From a virus (Duplodnaviria > Caudoviricetes), in the IMG/VR virus record IMGVR_UViG_3300046005_001206, positions 1 through 60,180 of that record: DNA of 60,180 nucleotides, one strand, 5' to 3'. Positions 19,624-26,799 of this stretch are shown here, piece by piece (positions within the stretch are counted from its first letter, which is position 1; each line of letters opens with the position of its first letter). The notes beneath the pieces were generated by a model. That model saw nothing but the letters and a program-made list of their open reading frames with translations, did no database searches and had not been told where the DNA came from. The position numbers were made by a program, and so were the translations under genes.

Positions 19624-19788
19624 ATGACTGACGAAATCCAGAGACTGAAAGTTGCACGGGACGCAGCCCTCGACGCATACGATGCCGCAGCCATCGCCGC
19701 CGACGTCCGAAACGCCGCCGCTGACGTTGCCTACGCCCGCTACAACGCCGCCCGGTCGGCGCAAGAAAAGGAAGATAAAAATGTTTGA
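19624..19788 (+). CDS. 54-aa Ala-rich micro-protein MTDEIQRLKVARDAA...
   Basis: Paralogous to the 18963/19101 units; ends in AQEKE. Confidence 0.6.
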   Translation: MTDEIQRLKVARDAALDAYDAAAIAADVRNAAADVAYARYNAARSAQEKEDKNV

Positions 19789-19933
19789 AGTTCAGTTATT
19801 CGATGACGTTGATGTGAGATATCCTTTGTTTGTGAGCCCTATTTTGGCAGAGGCTCAGTTCTTTTACCATCAACACCGACGCGATAATCCCGATGTTAGT
19901 ATTCGTCTTATCGAAGTTTTACGAAAGAGCTAA
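19781..19933 (+). CDS. Small hypothetical protein
   Basis: MFEVQLFDD...; composition returns to the genome background. Confidence 0.5.
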   Translation: MFEVQLFDDVDVRYPLFVSPILAEAQFFYHQHRRDNPDVSIRLIEVLRKS

Positions 19934-19998
19934 AATAAACATGTACAATAATCCGAAACCGTTGTAAGATGATATTATCAGTTGAAAAGGAATATATC

Positions 19999-20304
19999 AT
20001 GACTCTTACCATCGAACAAATCGAATCAACCTACAATGCGCCAGTCGAAGGCCTTACCGATAGCTATTATCCCGTTCTGGCCTATTGGATTCCGATCGAA
20101 CTTCGCGAGCAAGTTTTGGCCGCTTATCGCGAAACCAATACGCGTGTCCGCCTTCGCTATCGTGGCCCTCGCAACGTCGCTATCGGCCGCGAAATGCCTG
20201 CCACTAAAGGTCGTACTTATATTCGCGGCCGCATCCGGGCGATGCAAGATTGTTTGATTGCCGACGCAACTCATTTCACCGTTTACGACTATACCTCGCG
20301 ATAA
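19999..20304 (+). CDS. Hypothetical early protein
   Basis: Early promoter 19942-19970 and AAGGA RBS; RLRYRGPR motif. Confidence 0.7.
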   Translation: MTLTIEQIESTYNAPVEGLTDSYYPVLAYWIPIELREQVLAAYRETNTRVRLRYRGPRNVAIGREMPATKGRTYIRGRIRAMQDCLIADATHFTVYDYTSR

Positions 20305-20333
20305 GTTGAATATATATTATTAGGAGACCGAAT

Positions 20334-20495
20334 ATGGAAGTTGAACTTTTTGCATTTCCTACAATGGAAAATCCAAAGGCTGTAGAAAATACTTTCTGCA
20401 ATCTTCTGAATGCCCAGCGACGCGGAGAATCGATTCCAGTCGAAGCACTCGACTGGATGGATACTGCGAATAACTGGTTGATGGAGTCAAAGTAA
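20334..20495 (+). CDS. Small hypothetical protein
   Basis: AGGAG RBS; MEVELFAFPTMENP... Confidence 0.55.
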   Translation: MEVELFAFPTMENPKAVENTFCNLLNAQRRGESIPVEALDWMDTANNWLMESK

Positions 20496-20668
20496 TGCCA
20501 AATGAAGCGAAAGGCGACGCGTTTGCGCCAGCAGACATGGAGTTGCTTAAGCGAGCTCTTTATTGTTATAAGGATATGCTTAGTCGTATCGAGGAAAGTG
20601 AGCGCATAACTTCACCAGAGTTGACGCAGGTAGCCAATCTCCTCCATCGAATAGGCCGTATTTCTTAA
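20495..20668 (+). CDS. Small hypothetical protein
   Basis: TAATG-coupled; ends VANLLHRIGRIS. Confidence 0.55.
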   Translation: MPNEAKGDAFAPADMELLKRALYCYKDMLSRIEESERITSPELTQVANLLHRIGRIS

Positions 20669-20676
20669 GAGTTAGA

Positions 20677-20753
20677 GGTCCCGTAGCTCAGCTGGATAGA
20701 GCACGAGCCTTCTAAGCTTGGGGCCGCAGGTTCGAATCCTGCCGGGATCACCA
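20677..20753 (+). tRNA. tRNA-Arg(TCT)
   Basis: Cloverleaf, CT-TCT-AA loop, GTTCGAATC, CCA. Confidence 0.93.
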
Positions 20754-20754
20754 C

Positions 20755-20829
20755 ACTCCTGTAGCTCAATGGTAGAGCCGACCGCTCATAACGGTTTGGT
20801 TAGGGGTTCGAGTCCCTTCGGGAGTACCA
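20755..20829 (+). tRNA. tRNA-CAT (Ile2 or elongator Met)
   Basis: CT-CAT-AA loop, paired 1:72, CCA. Confidence 0.88.
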
Positions 20830-20846
20830 TTTTTAAGGAGATTTAT

Positions 20847-21134
20847 ATGTTTTCATTTTTTCAATCAGCACCTCATGGTGTCAAAGTCCGGGTCATTGGT
20901 GACGATAAGTCAGGTTATGATGCACAGTATGCTATTTGCTGCAACCGGATTATGCCTGACAATTGGACACTGGTGACAGAATCACCATACCAACGCCGGT
21001 TTCCAACGTTCCAGGAAGCTAAAGCGGCAGCTCACAAGGAATACAAAAGCTGGATCAAATTCTACGAACGTAAAAACCTTGAAAAGCTGGCTAAGAAAAA
21101 TAAAAGTAATACGGTGGTGTGGACCCACCCATAA
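20847..21134 (+). CDS. Hypothetical protein
   Basis: AAGGAG RBS; sits between tRNAs. Confidence 0.65.
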   Translation: MFSFFQSAPHGVKVRVIGDDKSGYDAQYAICCNRIMPDNWTLVTESPYQRRFPTFQEAKAAAHKEYKSWIKFYERKNLEKLAKKNKSNTVVWTHP

Positions 21135-21156
21135 CACAACAGCAGATACACCAATT

Positions 21157-21244
21157 GGAAGCGTGTCAGAGAGGTCGATTGATACAGTCTTGAAAACTGT
21201 CGTACCGCAAGGTACCGTGGGTTCGAATCCCACCGCTTCCTCCA
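21157..21244 (+). tRNA. tRNA-Ser(TGA)
   Basis: Long variable arm GTACC-GCAA-GGTAC, CCA. Confidence 0.92.
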
Positions 21245-21308
21245 CTTTTTAGTGTACATTATTTCTTTTCTGATGTAAGATGAATCTATAGTCAGAAAGG
21301 AAACGAAG

Positions 21309-21467
21309 ATGCTCAACTACACTCTCACCATTCGCAACGCTAAAACCAACAGGGTTCTTCGTAAGATTGAATACAAAGGTCACAGCGGTCATGCTATGAT
21401 GGATGAATGCTTTTACTGGAGGCAACACTATCGCGATAAGGGAATTGAGATTATCAACGAATGGTAA
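21309..21467 (+). CDS. Small hypothetical protein (52 aa)
   Basis: Early promoter 21253-21281, AAGGA RBS. Confidence 0.55.
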   Translation: MLNYTLTIRNAKTNRVLRKIEYKGHSGHAMMDECFYWRQHYRDKGIEIINEW

Positions 21468-21472
21468 TCTAC

Positions 21473-21548
21473 GGGGGCATAGTCCAACGGCAGAGACAAG
21501 GGACTTAAAATCCCTCCAGTGTGAGTTCGAGTCTCACTGCCCCTACCA
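21473..21548 (+). tRNA. tRNA-Leu(TAA), short variable loop
   Basis: AGGGA-CTTAAAA-TCCCT anticodon arm, CCA. Confidence 0.85.
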
Positions 21549-21552
21549 TTTC

Positions 21553-21628
21553 GGACACTTAGCTCAGTCGGTAGAGCAACGGGCTTTTAACCTGTAGGTC
21601 TTGGGTTCGAACCCCAAAGTGTCCACCA
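21553..21628 (+). tRNA. tRNA-Lys(TTT)
   Basis: Cloverleaf with CTTTTAA loop, CCA. Confidence 0.92.
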
Positions 21629-21635
21629 TTTATGT

Positions 21636-21709
21636 TGCCCCTTCCTCTAATGGTAAGAGCGCGGACTTTGAATCCGTCAATCTAGGTTCGAGCCCTAGGG
21701 GGGCATCCA
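21636..21709 (+). tRNA. tRNA-Gln(TTG)
   Basis: GCGGA-CTTTGAA-TCCGT arm, CCA. Confidence 0.88.
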
Positions 21710-21733
21710 AAAATAAGATATATAATAGACAAT

Positions 21734-21809
21734 GCCCTTATAGCTCAGTTGGTAGAGCACATCACTTGTAATGATGGGGTCCGGCGTTCGAGTCGTCGTG
21801 GGGGCACCA
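21734..21809 (+). tRNA. tRNA-Thr(TGT)
   Basis: CATCA-CTTGTAA-TGATG arm, CCA. Confidence 0.92.
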
Positions 21810-21816
21810 GAATAAA

Positions 21817-21890
21817 GCGGGCTTGGTATAATGGTATTACGCTAGCCTTCCAAGCTGACGACACGGGTTCGATTCCCGTAGCCCGCTCCA
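21817..21890 (+). tRNA. tRNA-Gly(TCC)
   Basis: GCGGGC acceptor, CTTCCAA loop, TCCA end. Confidence 0.92.
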
Positions 21891-21891
21891 T

Positions 21892-21975
21892 GCGGATGTG
21901 GCGGAATGGTAGACGCCCTGGTTTTAGGTACCAGTGCCGAAAGGCGTGGGGGTTCGAGTCCCTTCATCCGTACCA
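21892..21975 (+). tRNA. tRNA-Leu(TAG)
   Basis: CTGGT-TTTAGGT-ACCAG arm, long variable arm, CCA. Confidence 0.92.
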
Positions 21976-21984
21976 AGCTTATAA

Positions 21985-22059
21985 GTCGGTGAGGGAAAAC
22001 GGTAATCCGCAGGTCTCCAAAACCTTGAGAAGTAGGTTCAATTCCTACCACCTTCGCCA
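21985..22059 (+). tRNA. Atypical tRNA-Trp(CCA)
   Basis: CTCCAAA loop, good T-arm, GCCA end, but two acceptor-stem mismatches and A8. Confidence 0.65.
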
Positions 22060-22061
22060 AA

Positions 22062-22158
22062 TTATGTGGTTTGTTTGCATAGAAAAGAGATGAGGTCGAC
22101 CTTATGAAACCCCATTGAGCAAACAGTAATACAGAACAGCGGGGACTGTTCCACATAA
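22062..22158 (+). ncRNA. Candidate structured ncRNA in the tRNA cluster
   Basis: TTATGTG/CACATAA, TGTTTGC/GCAAACA and GAACAG/CTGTTC stems; no ORF. Confidence 0.55.
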
Positions 22159-22166
22159 AGTTGAAT

Positions 22167-22241
22167 GCCCGATTAGCTCAGCGGTAGAGCAGATCCTTTA
22201 CACGGATAAGGTCGGCGGTTCAATCCCGTCATCGGGTACCA
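22167..22241 (+). tRNA. tRNA-Val(TAC)
   Basis: Cloverleaf with TTTACAC loop, CCA. Confidence 0.92.
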
Positions 22242-22321
22242 TTTATTTTTTACTGCATGCGTTTTTTAGTGTACAAATTATGTAAACTGTTGTAGAGTGA
22301 ATAATAGAAATGGAGATTATA

Positions 22322-22573
22322 ATGACTAATTCTGATTATTTGACGATGGCTGAAAATCGCCTGGATTCGGTACAACGTTACTATCCTAACTCTTCTGAGT
22401 TTAATCGATTGTTTAATATCGTTCTTGATATGACAAACAAGATGACATCTGAAGAACTTGCTAAGCATAATGCAAAGAAGATTGAAACTCCAGAAGCAAA
22501 AATCGAGCGCCTAAAAGAAGAACAGCGAGTGCTCGAGCAGATGGCAATGAACAAAGATAGCAACAGCATATAA
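22322..22573 (+). CDS. Hypothetical protein
   Basis: Early promoter 22270-22298, GGAG RBS. Confidence 0.65.
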   Translation: MTNSDYLTMAENRLDSVQRYYPNSSEFNRLFNIVLDMTNKMTSEELAKHNAKKIETPEAKIERLKEEQRVLEQMAMNKDSNSI

Positions 22574-22576
22574 ATA
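22569..22576 (+). promoter_or_regulatory. Late promoter TATAAATA
   Basis: T4 gp55 consensus upstream of ORF 22588. Confidence 0.6.
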
Positions 22577-22587
22577 AGGAATATAAT

Positions 22588-22779
22588 ATGATTAAGAAAA
22601 TTGAAATGCATGTCAATGATCACACTCTCGACGAAGATGATGGTCCTGGTTCTCAATCGATTGATATCAATCTGTACGTTGAAGCGAGAGGTGCAACGCC
22701 TGCCGAGAAGGCTGCCATTCGCGAAATTATGAATATGGCTCAGTCGTATATCAAAACGGGACTTAAAGAGTTAAAGTAA
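22588..22779 (+). CDS. Hypothetical protein
   Basis: AAGGA RBS; 63 aa. Confidence 0.6.
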   Translation: MIKKIEMHVNDHTLDEDDGPGSQSIDINLYVEARGATPAEKAAIREIMNMAQSYIKTGLKELK

Positions 22780-22786
22780 AGTTTAT

Positions 22787-22861
22787 TCCCCGATAGCTCA
22801 GTGGTAGAGCAGGTGACTGTTAATCACCTGGCCGGTGGTTCGAACCCATCTCGGGGAGCCA
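22787..22861 (+). tRNA. tRNA-Asn(GTT)
   Basis: GGTGA-CTGTTAA-TCACC arm, GCCA. Confidence 0.92.
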
Positions 22862-22862
22862 A

Positions 22863-23004
22863 TTCGAGTGGAAGATGATGGAGATGCATCTCTTGATTCA
22901 AGGCACACTATGAGGGTCGTGGAACCCGAACTGCTGAACCACCGAAGAAGCGGCAAATCTAGGGAGTGGTACTCCTGCCCAACCAGCAATAGGTTTGCCG
23001 CTTC
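22863..23004 (+). ncRNA. Candidate structured ncRNA
   Basis: 15-bp stem 22947-22961/22990-23004 enclosing GGAGT/ACTCC; upstream TTCGAGTGG/CCACCGAA pairing. Confidence 0.5.
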
Positions 23005-23025
23005 ACATTATTCATGGAGTTAGTT

Positions 23026-23175
23026 ATGTGGCGTATTTGGGCAAAAGCCTTAGGTGAGAAAGCAACTCCTTGTGATCGCGAATCTGACAGAGTCGCTTTG
23101 ATCCGGACTCTTTTCATCGTACAAGCTGTCATAGCAAACATTTTTCTGATTGCAAATGCAATTCATCATTGGTAG
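23026..23175 (+). CDS. Small conserved phage membrane protein
   Basis: MWRIWAKALGEKA...DRVALIRT...IANAIHHW. Confidence 0.65.
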   Translation: MWRIWAKALGEKATPCDRESDRVALIRTLFIVQAVIANIFLIANAIHHW

Positions 23176-23187
23176 GAGTAAATTGTC

Positions 23188-23361
23188 GTGGACAATAAGA
23201 AGGTCGTCGCTGGAGTTGCAGGAATAGTAGTCGTAGGAATTCTTTCTTACCTTGGTTACCGTGTCGTGAAAGAGCTTAACGAGCTTGAAATCGATTTTTT
23301 CGGAGAGAATATCGACGACTTATATCATCATAGGCATTTTCAGAAAAATAACGATACATAA
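23188..23361 (+). CDS. Small membrane protein
   Basis: GTG start after AGGAG; N-terminal TM helix. Confidence 0.5.
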   Translation: MDNKKVVAGVAGIVVVGILSYLGYRVVKELNELEIDFFGENIDDLYHHRHFQKNNDT

Positions 23362-23376
23362 CCTCTAATCTTTTTG

Positions 23377-23445
23377 AAAAAAACGCATTCGGACTTGTTC
23401 TGAGTGCGTTTTTTGGTGTACATTATTATCAAAACAGTGTAAGGT
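23377..23445 (+). promoter_or_regulatory. Stem-loop plus early promoter (PeSL-like)
   Basis: AAAACGCATTCGGA...TCTGAGTGCGTTTT then TGTACA-N17-TAAGGT. Confidence 0.7.
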
Positions 23446-23473
23446 GGAACTATAATCAAGAAGGAAGAAAAAA

Positions 23474-23818
23474 ATGATTAAGGTTTACCAGATTCAGCTC
23501 ACCGATCTCGAGATCACTATCGCTAATAGTGGTAGTACATCACCTCGGCTTAAGGCTTACTTCGATCGTAGCTTAGAAAGTAATTTCAAAGCTGAAAACT
23601 TCCAGTATTACACACATGTTGCCAACGTTGATACCAACGACATGGAAAATGCTTTCGAAGCGATGAATCTCTGGGAAGAAAGCATATACTTCGAAGATGT
23701 TTTTAAGCTCGGTCGTTGCTCTTCGATGTCTGTCGGCGACATCCTCGAATCGAACGGTCAGCTTTATCGCTGCTCTTCTTTCGGTTTCACGCTTCTTGAA
23801 AATTATCAAAAGGATTGA
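23474..23818 (+). CDS. Hypothetical protein (YodL-like SMSVGDI motif)
   Basis: SSMSVGDIL...Y.C..FGF. Confidence 0.65.
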   Translation: MIKVYQIQLTDLEITIANSGSTSPRLKAYFDRSLESNFKAENFQYYTHVANVDTNDMENAFEAMNLWEESIYFEDVFKLGRCSSMSVGDILESNGQLYRCSSFGFTLLENYQKD

Positions 23819-23820
23819 TT

Positions 23821-24036
23821 ATGAATAACACGCTTGAAACCATCAAATGGATCGGCACCATCTGTGTCATCATCGCGGCTAGCTGTCGTGCCTTCGAATT
23901 CCACACGGCAGATCTTCTGATCTCGATTGTTGGTGCTGGTCTTTGGGGATATGCATCGATCGTCATGAAGGATAAGGCGCTGTTTGTTGTCAATGCCTTT
24001 ATTGTTGCTATTTTGATTGTAGGAGTTATTATATGA
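23821..24036 (+). CDS. Small multi-TM membrane protein
   Basis: Three hydrophobic segments. Confidence 0.65.
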   Translation: MNNTLETIKWIGTICVIIAASCRAFEFHTADLLISIVGAGLWGYASIVMKDKALFVVNAFIVAILIVGVII

Positions 24037-24173
24037 AGTATGATCCATGGACTGATCCAACCTTTGTTCGTCGTTTAAAGAACGTTCTCGTTGCAGCGTC
24101 GCGCGCAGAGAATCCTGAGTTTAAAGAAATGTGGTTAAGGAAGTTTGACGAGCTGTTTTTACGAACAGAATAA
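24033..24173 (+). CDS. Small hypothetical protein
   Basis: ATGA-coupled; RAENPEFKEMWLRK. Confidence 0.5.
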   Translation: MKYDPWTDPTFVRRLKNVLVAASRAENPEFKEMWLRKFDELFLRTE

Positions 24174-24207
24174 ATAATAGCAATCGCGAAATAGTATAAA
24201 TACTCGT

Positions 24208-24495
24208 ATGGGTTACGATACTATATTCAAACTTATTGGTGATGTCGGATTCCCCATCGCAGCAGCTTTGCTCGGTGGGGTTTTTGTTTATTTTGTCATC
24301 AACTATATCCTTGAGAGTGTTGTAAAAGCAATCAAGGGCATGCAGGGTATTATCATGGGGCTTGACAATCGAGTCAAGACAATGAATCATGATATCATCC
24401 GTGTTGATGCTATAGTCAGTTCAGCTCTCGGTCTTCAACCAGACCTCGACAGAATTGCCCGAGCAGACGGAAAGAACGATGCTCGGAAAGACTAA
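24208..24495 (+). CDS. Small membrane protein (GFPI motif), paralog 1
   Basis: VGFPIAAA..GVFVYF then coiled coil; TATAAATA at 24195-24202. Confidence 0.75.
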   Translation: MGYDTIFKLIGDVGFPIAAALLGGVFVYFVINYILESVVKAIKGMQGIIMGLDNRVKTMNHDIIRVDAIVSSALGLQPDLDRIARADGKNDARKD

Positions 24496-24749
24496 TGGAT
24501 CCAGAACTGCTTGCAGAACTTGTAAAACAATATGGATTTCCAATTGTCGCATCAGTGGGAATGGGATATTTTGTTTGGTTCATTTATAAGTTTGTCACAG
24601 ACAAATTAATGCCGCTGATTGGCGAAACGAATGGTATTTTAATTGCACTAATCGATCGTGTCCGTATGTTGGACAACGATCTCATTAGACTTCAACAGAA
24701 GGTGAGTGTTGTTTTACAGATTAAGGACGATCATCATAATGACAATTAA
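24495..24749 (+). CDS. Small membrane protein (GFPI motif), paralog 2
   Basis: YGFPIVASVGMGYFVWF, LIDRVRMLDNDLIRL. Confidence 0.75.
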   Translation: MDPELLAELVKQYGFPIVASVGMGYFVWFIYKFVTDKLMPLIGETNGILIALIDRVRMLDNDLIRLQQKVSVVLQIKDDHHNDN

Positions 24750-24820
24750 TTTAAAAATTGAGATCCTTAAAGTATTCTGTCTTGAATTTGGATTTTCTTC
24801 TGAAAAGAAAGAGGAAAAAG

Positions 24821-24919
24821 ATGTTCAAGAAAATATTGATTTGCTCGATATTCTTCAGCAGCCCAGTAGCAGCAAGTGAGATCGTATATCAGTTTAAGAA
24901 CCTTTTTTCAAACAATTAA
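24821..24919 (+). pseudogene. Truncated CsgF-like curli assembly protein (signal peptide plus N-terminus)
   Basis: MFKKILICSIFFSSPVAASEIVYQFKN then breaks off; resembles the CsgF mature N-terminus. Confidence 0.5.
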
Positions 24920-25290
24920 AACAGACGAATATGGAAGAGTGTTCATCAATCCGAACTATCGATTTCAGACATACGAAATTGGTGCGAGTCCTTTACCTGA
25001 TCTGACAGGTAAAATCGTGATTCTCTGAGTGATTGCAGTTGGAGTAAGTAATCCCGTAGAGACTCCGTCAGGTGAGCAGCATCCCCATCAGCTCCAAGCG
25101 AGTATTCTTGAAACTCTGATAAATGGTGATTCGGTTTCGATTCCGAATTGAACTCAGCTTGTAGATCTTGTTGCTCTTCTTGTTTTGGCTCTGTCATTGA
25201 TCATTATCTCTCGATTAAAATACTCTATCGTCTGGATAGGCTTGATTCTAGGTGGGATACCTTTATTTACTGGTGTATTTATCGCGATAC
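24906..25290 (+). pseudogene. Fragment of CHASE2-domain sensor (adenylate cyclase-type) gene
   Basis: IKTDEYGRVFIN, DLTGKIVIL*VIAVGVSNPVETP, HQLQASILETL followed by TM helices; in-frame TGA at 25026 and 25149; no start. Confidence 0.65.
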
Positions 25291-25359
25291 CTCAAAATAA
25301 GCATGTACATTTTATCAAAAGCTTGGTAAGGTGGACCTATGATGATGAGGAACGAAAAC

Positions 25360-25818
25360 ATGAATATCACGATCACCGGCATGATTGGCAAGCGCAAAGA
25401 GAAAGCCATCCTTCAGGAAGCCGCAGAGTTTTTTGCCAATCAGTTGATGGATCCTCGCATGGTCCGCAACCTCACCCTCGACATTGATGTTTATAACAAC
25501 CTTGACGTTGAAGGCGAATGTGTCGATGAAGACGGCAATCGTAATCCTCGGTGGTTTACCATCGGCCTCAAGAGCCAAGACATCAACATCATGATCAAGA
25601 CACTTGGCCACGAGATGGTGCATGTCAAGCAACATGCCAAGAACGAACTTCAGACTGGTCATGCAGTTGCCGCACGTGGCGGCCTTAAAATCTACAGCAA
25701 GTGGATGGGTGAAGTTTGGAAAGCAAAACAAAAAGAAGATGACTACTTTGACTCTCCTTGGGAGATCGAAGCGTATGGCCGCGAAGTTGGCCTTTATGCA
25801 AAATGGTTGAATCGTTAA
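25360..25818 (+). CDS. Putative zinc metallopeptidase
   Basis: HEMVH (HExxH) and PWEIEA; early promoter 25304-25332. Confidence 0.75.
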   Translation: MNITITGMIGKRKEKAILQEAAEFFANQLMDPRMVRNLTLDIDVYNNLDVEGECVDEDGNRNPRWFTIGLKSQDINIMIKTLGHEMVHVKQHAKNELQTGHAVAARGGLKIYSKWMGEVWKAKQKEDDYFDSPWEIEAYGREVGLYAKWLNR

Positions 25819-25834
25819 TTGAAAGGAATTTACT

Positions 25835-26071
25835 ATGAAGATTGTTAAAGATATTTTTGATGCAGTGTTTAGCTTTGGCGGTTTTGTGGCTGTCGCCGGG
25901 GCTTTGATAGTGTTTATTTTTGGAAATCTTATCTTGCAAGATAACGTAAAGAAAGCATTCGCTGAGGCAACCACGAAGGCTTGCTATGACGGCGGTCTGA
26001 TTAAGGTCGATACCGATGCAGGTTTTTATTGCGTTGCTCCTGCTAATCTTGTAAAGGTTGAAGTGAAATGA
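25835..26071 (+). CDS. Membrane-anchored hypothetical protein
   Basis: TM helix plus Cys pair. Confidence 0.6.
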   Translation: MKIVKDIFDAVFSFGGFVAVAGALIVFIFGNLILQDNVKKAFAEATTKACYDGGLIKVDTDAGFYCVAPANLVKVEVK

Positions 26072-26280
26072 GTTTCTGGTTGATCGTATATCTGTTCACC
26101 GCCGAGGGTGAGTTCATCGCAAAGGATATCTACGAAACTGGTAGTGAGGAACAATGCGTTGAATTTGCAGGTAAAGTCACTCGTACTATTATCAATAGTC
26201 CAATTCAGGCACAGTTTCATTGCGTAAGCGATGATCACTATATGGGCCGCAAGCAAGATGAAGGTGTTGATTATGACTAA
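26068..26280 (+). CDS. Hypothetical protein
   Basis: ATGA-coupled, two Cys. Confidence 0.6.
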   Translation: MSFWLIVYLFTAEGEFIAKDIYETGSEEQCVEFAGKVTRTIINSPIQAQFHCVSDDHYMGRKQDEGVDYD

Positions 26281-26382
26281 TCATCCGCGCCAGCGTTCAA
26301 TGTGGGATGGACTGACTCGATCAGGATGTCTTACGATTATAGGAATAATTGTACTTTTAACTGTTATTGGAGCAATTTTATA

Positions 26383-26799
26383 ATGGCTGAACGCGTAGGC
26401 ATCGTAGCGAGTTGTTTCGATTTGTTTCATGCAGGTCATATCCTGATGCTGATAGAAGCAAAAGAAGAATGCGACCGACTGATTGTAGCTCTTCAGTCAG
26501 ATCCTACGATCGATCGTCCTGAGAAGAATAAGCCTGTCCAAGGTTTGTACGAACGATACCTACAGGTAGATTCGTGTAAGTATGTCGACCATGTCATTCC
26601 ATACGATACTGAAGTCGATCTTTATAACATGCTGTCTGGTTTTGAATGGGACGTCCGTTTCCTCGGAGCCGACTATTATGGACGTACAGACTTCACCGGA
26701 GCAGATCTCGATATTCCCATTCACTACTGCTCGCGTAAGCACGACTATAGCTCATCAGGTTTACGTGATCGTATCGTAAAAGCAGGAAAAAGCAAATGA
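26383..26799 (+). CDS. Cytidylyltransferase (TagD-like HxGH nucleotidyltransferase)
   Basis: FDLFHAGH, RPEKNKP, YSSSGLR. Confidence 0.85.
   Translation: MAERVGIVASCFDLFHAGHILMLIEAKEECDRLIVALQSDPTIDRPEKNKPVQGLYERYLQVDSCKYVDHVIPYDTEVDLYNMLSGFEWDVRFLGADYYGRTDFTGADLDIPIHYCSRKHDYSSSGLRDRIVKAGKSK

Larger units (their letters stand above)
19086..19783 (+). repeat. Recurring junction repeat (consensus GCAGCGCAAGAGCAGGAGCAGACCGATGACTGACCTTGAGAGACTGAA)
   Basis: Degenerate copies at ~19086, 19209, 19390, 19598 and partial 19758; GC-rich island. Confidence 0.8.

Noticed and set aside
19086-19783. CRISPR array interpretation of the GC-rich repeats
   Set aside because: Repeats are degenerate, spacing is long and irregular (about 120-210 nt), they encode RBS and start codons, and no cas genes are present
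20718-23023. ORFs 20718 (5' extension), 20982, 21062, 21403, 21749, 21842, 22798 and 22835
   Set aside because: They overlap tRNA or ncRNA genes and are chance frames
25026-25151. TGA stop-codon reassignment
   Set aside because: TGA terminates many core genes, no suppressor tRNA is present, one TGA sits where Gly is expected, and the fragment lacks both ends, so it is a pseudogene
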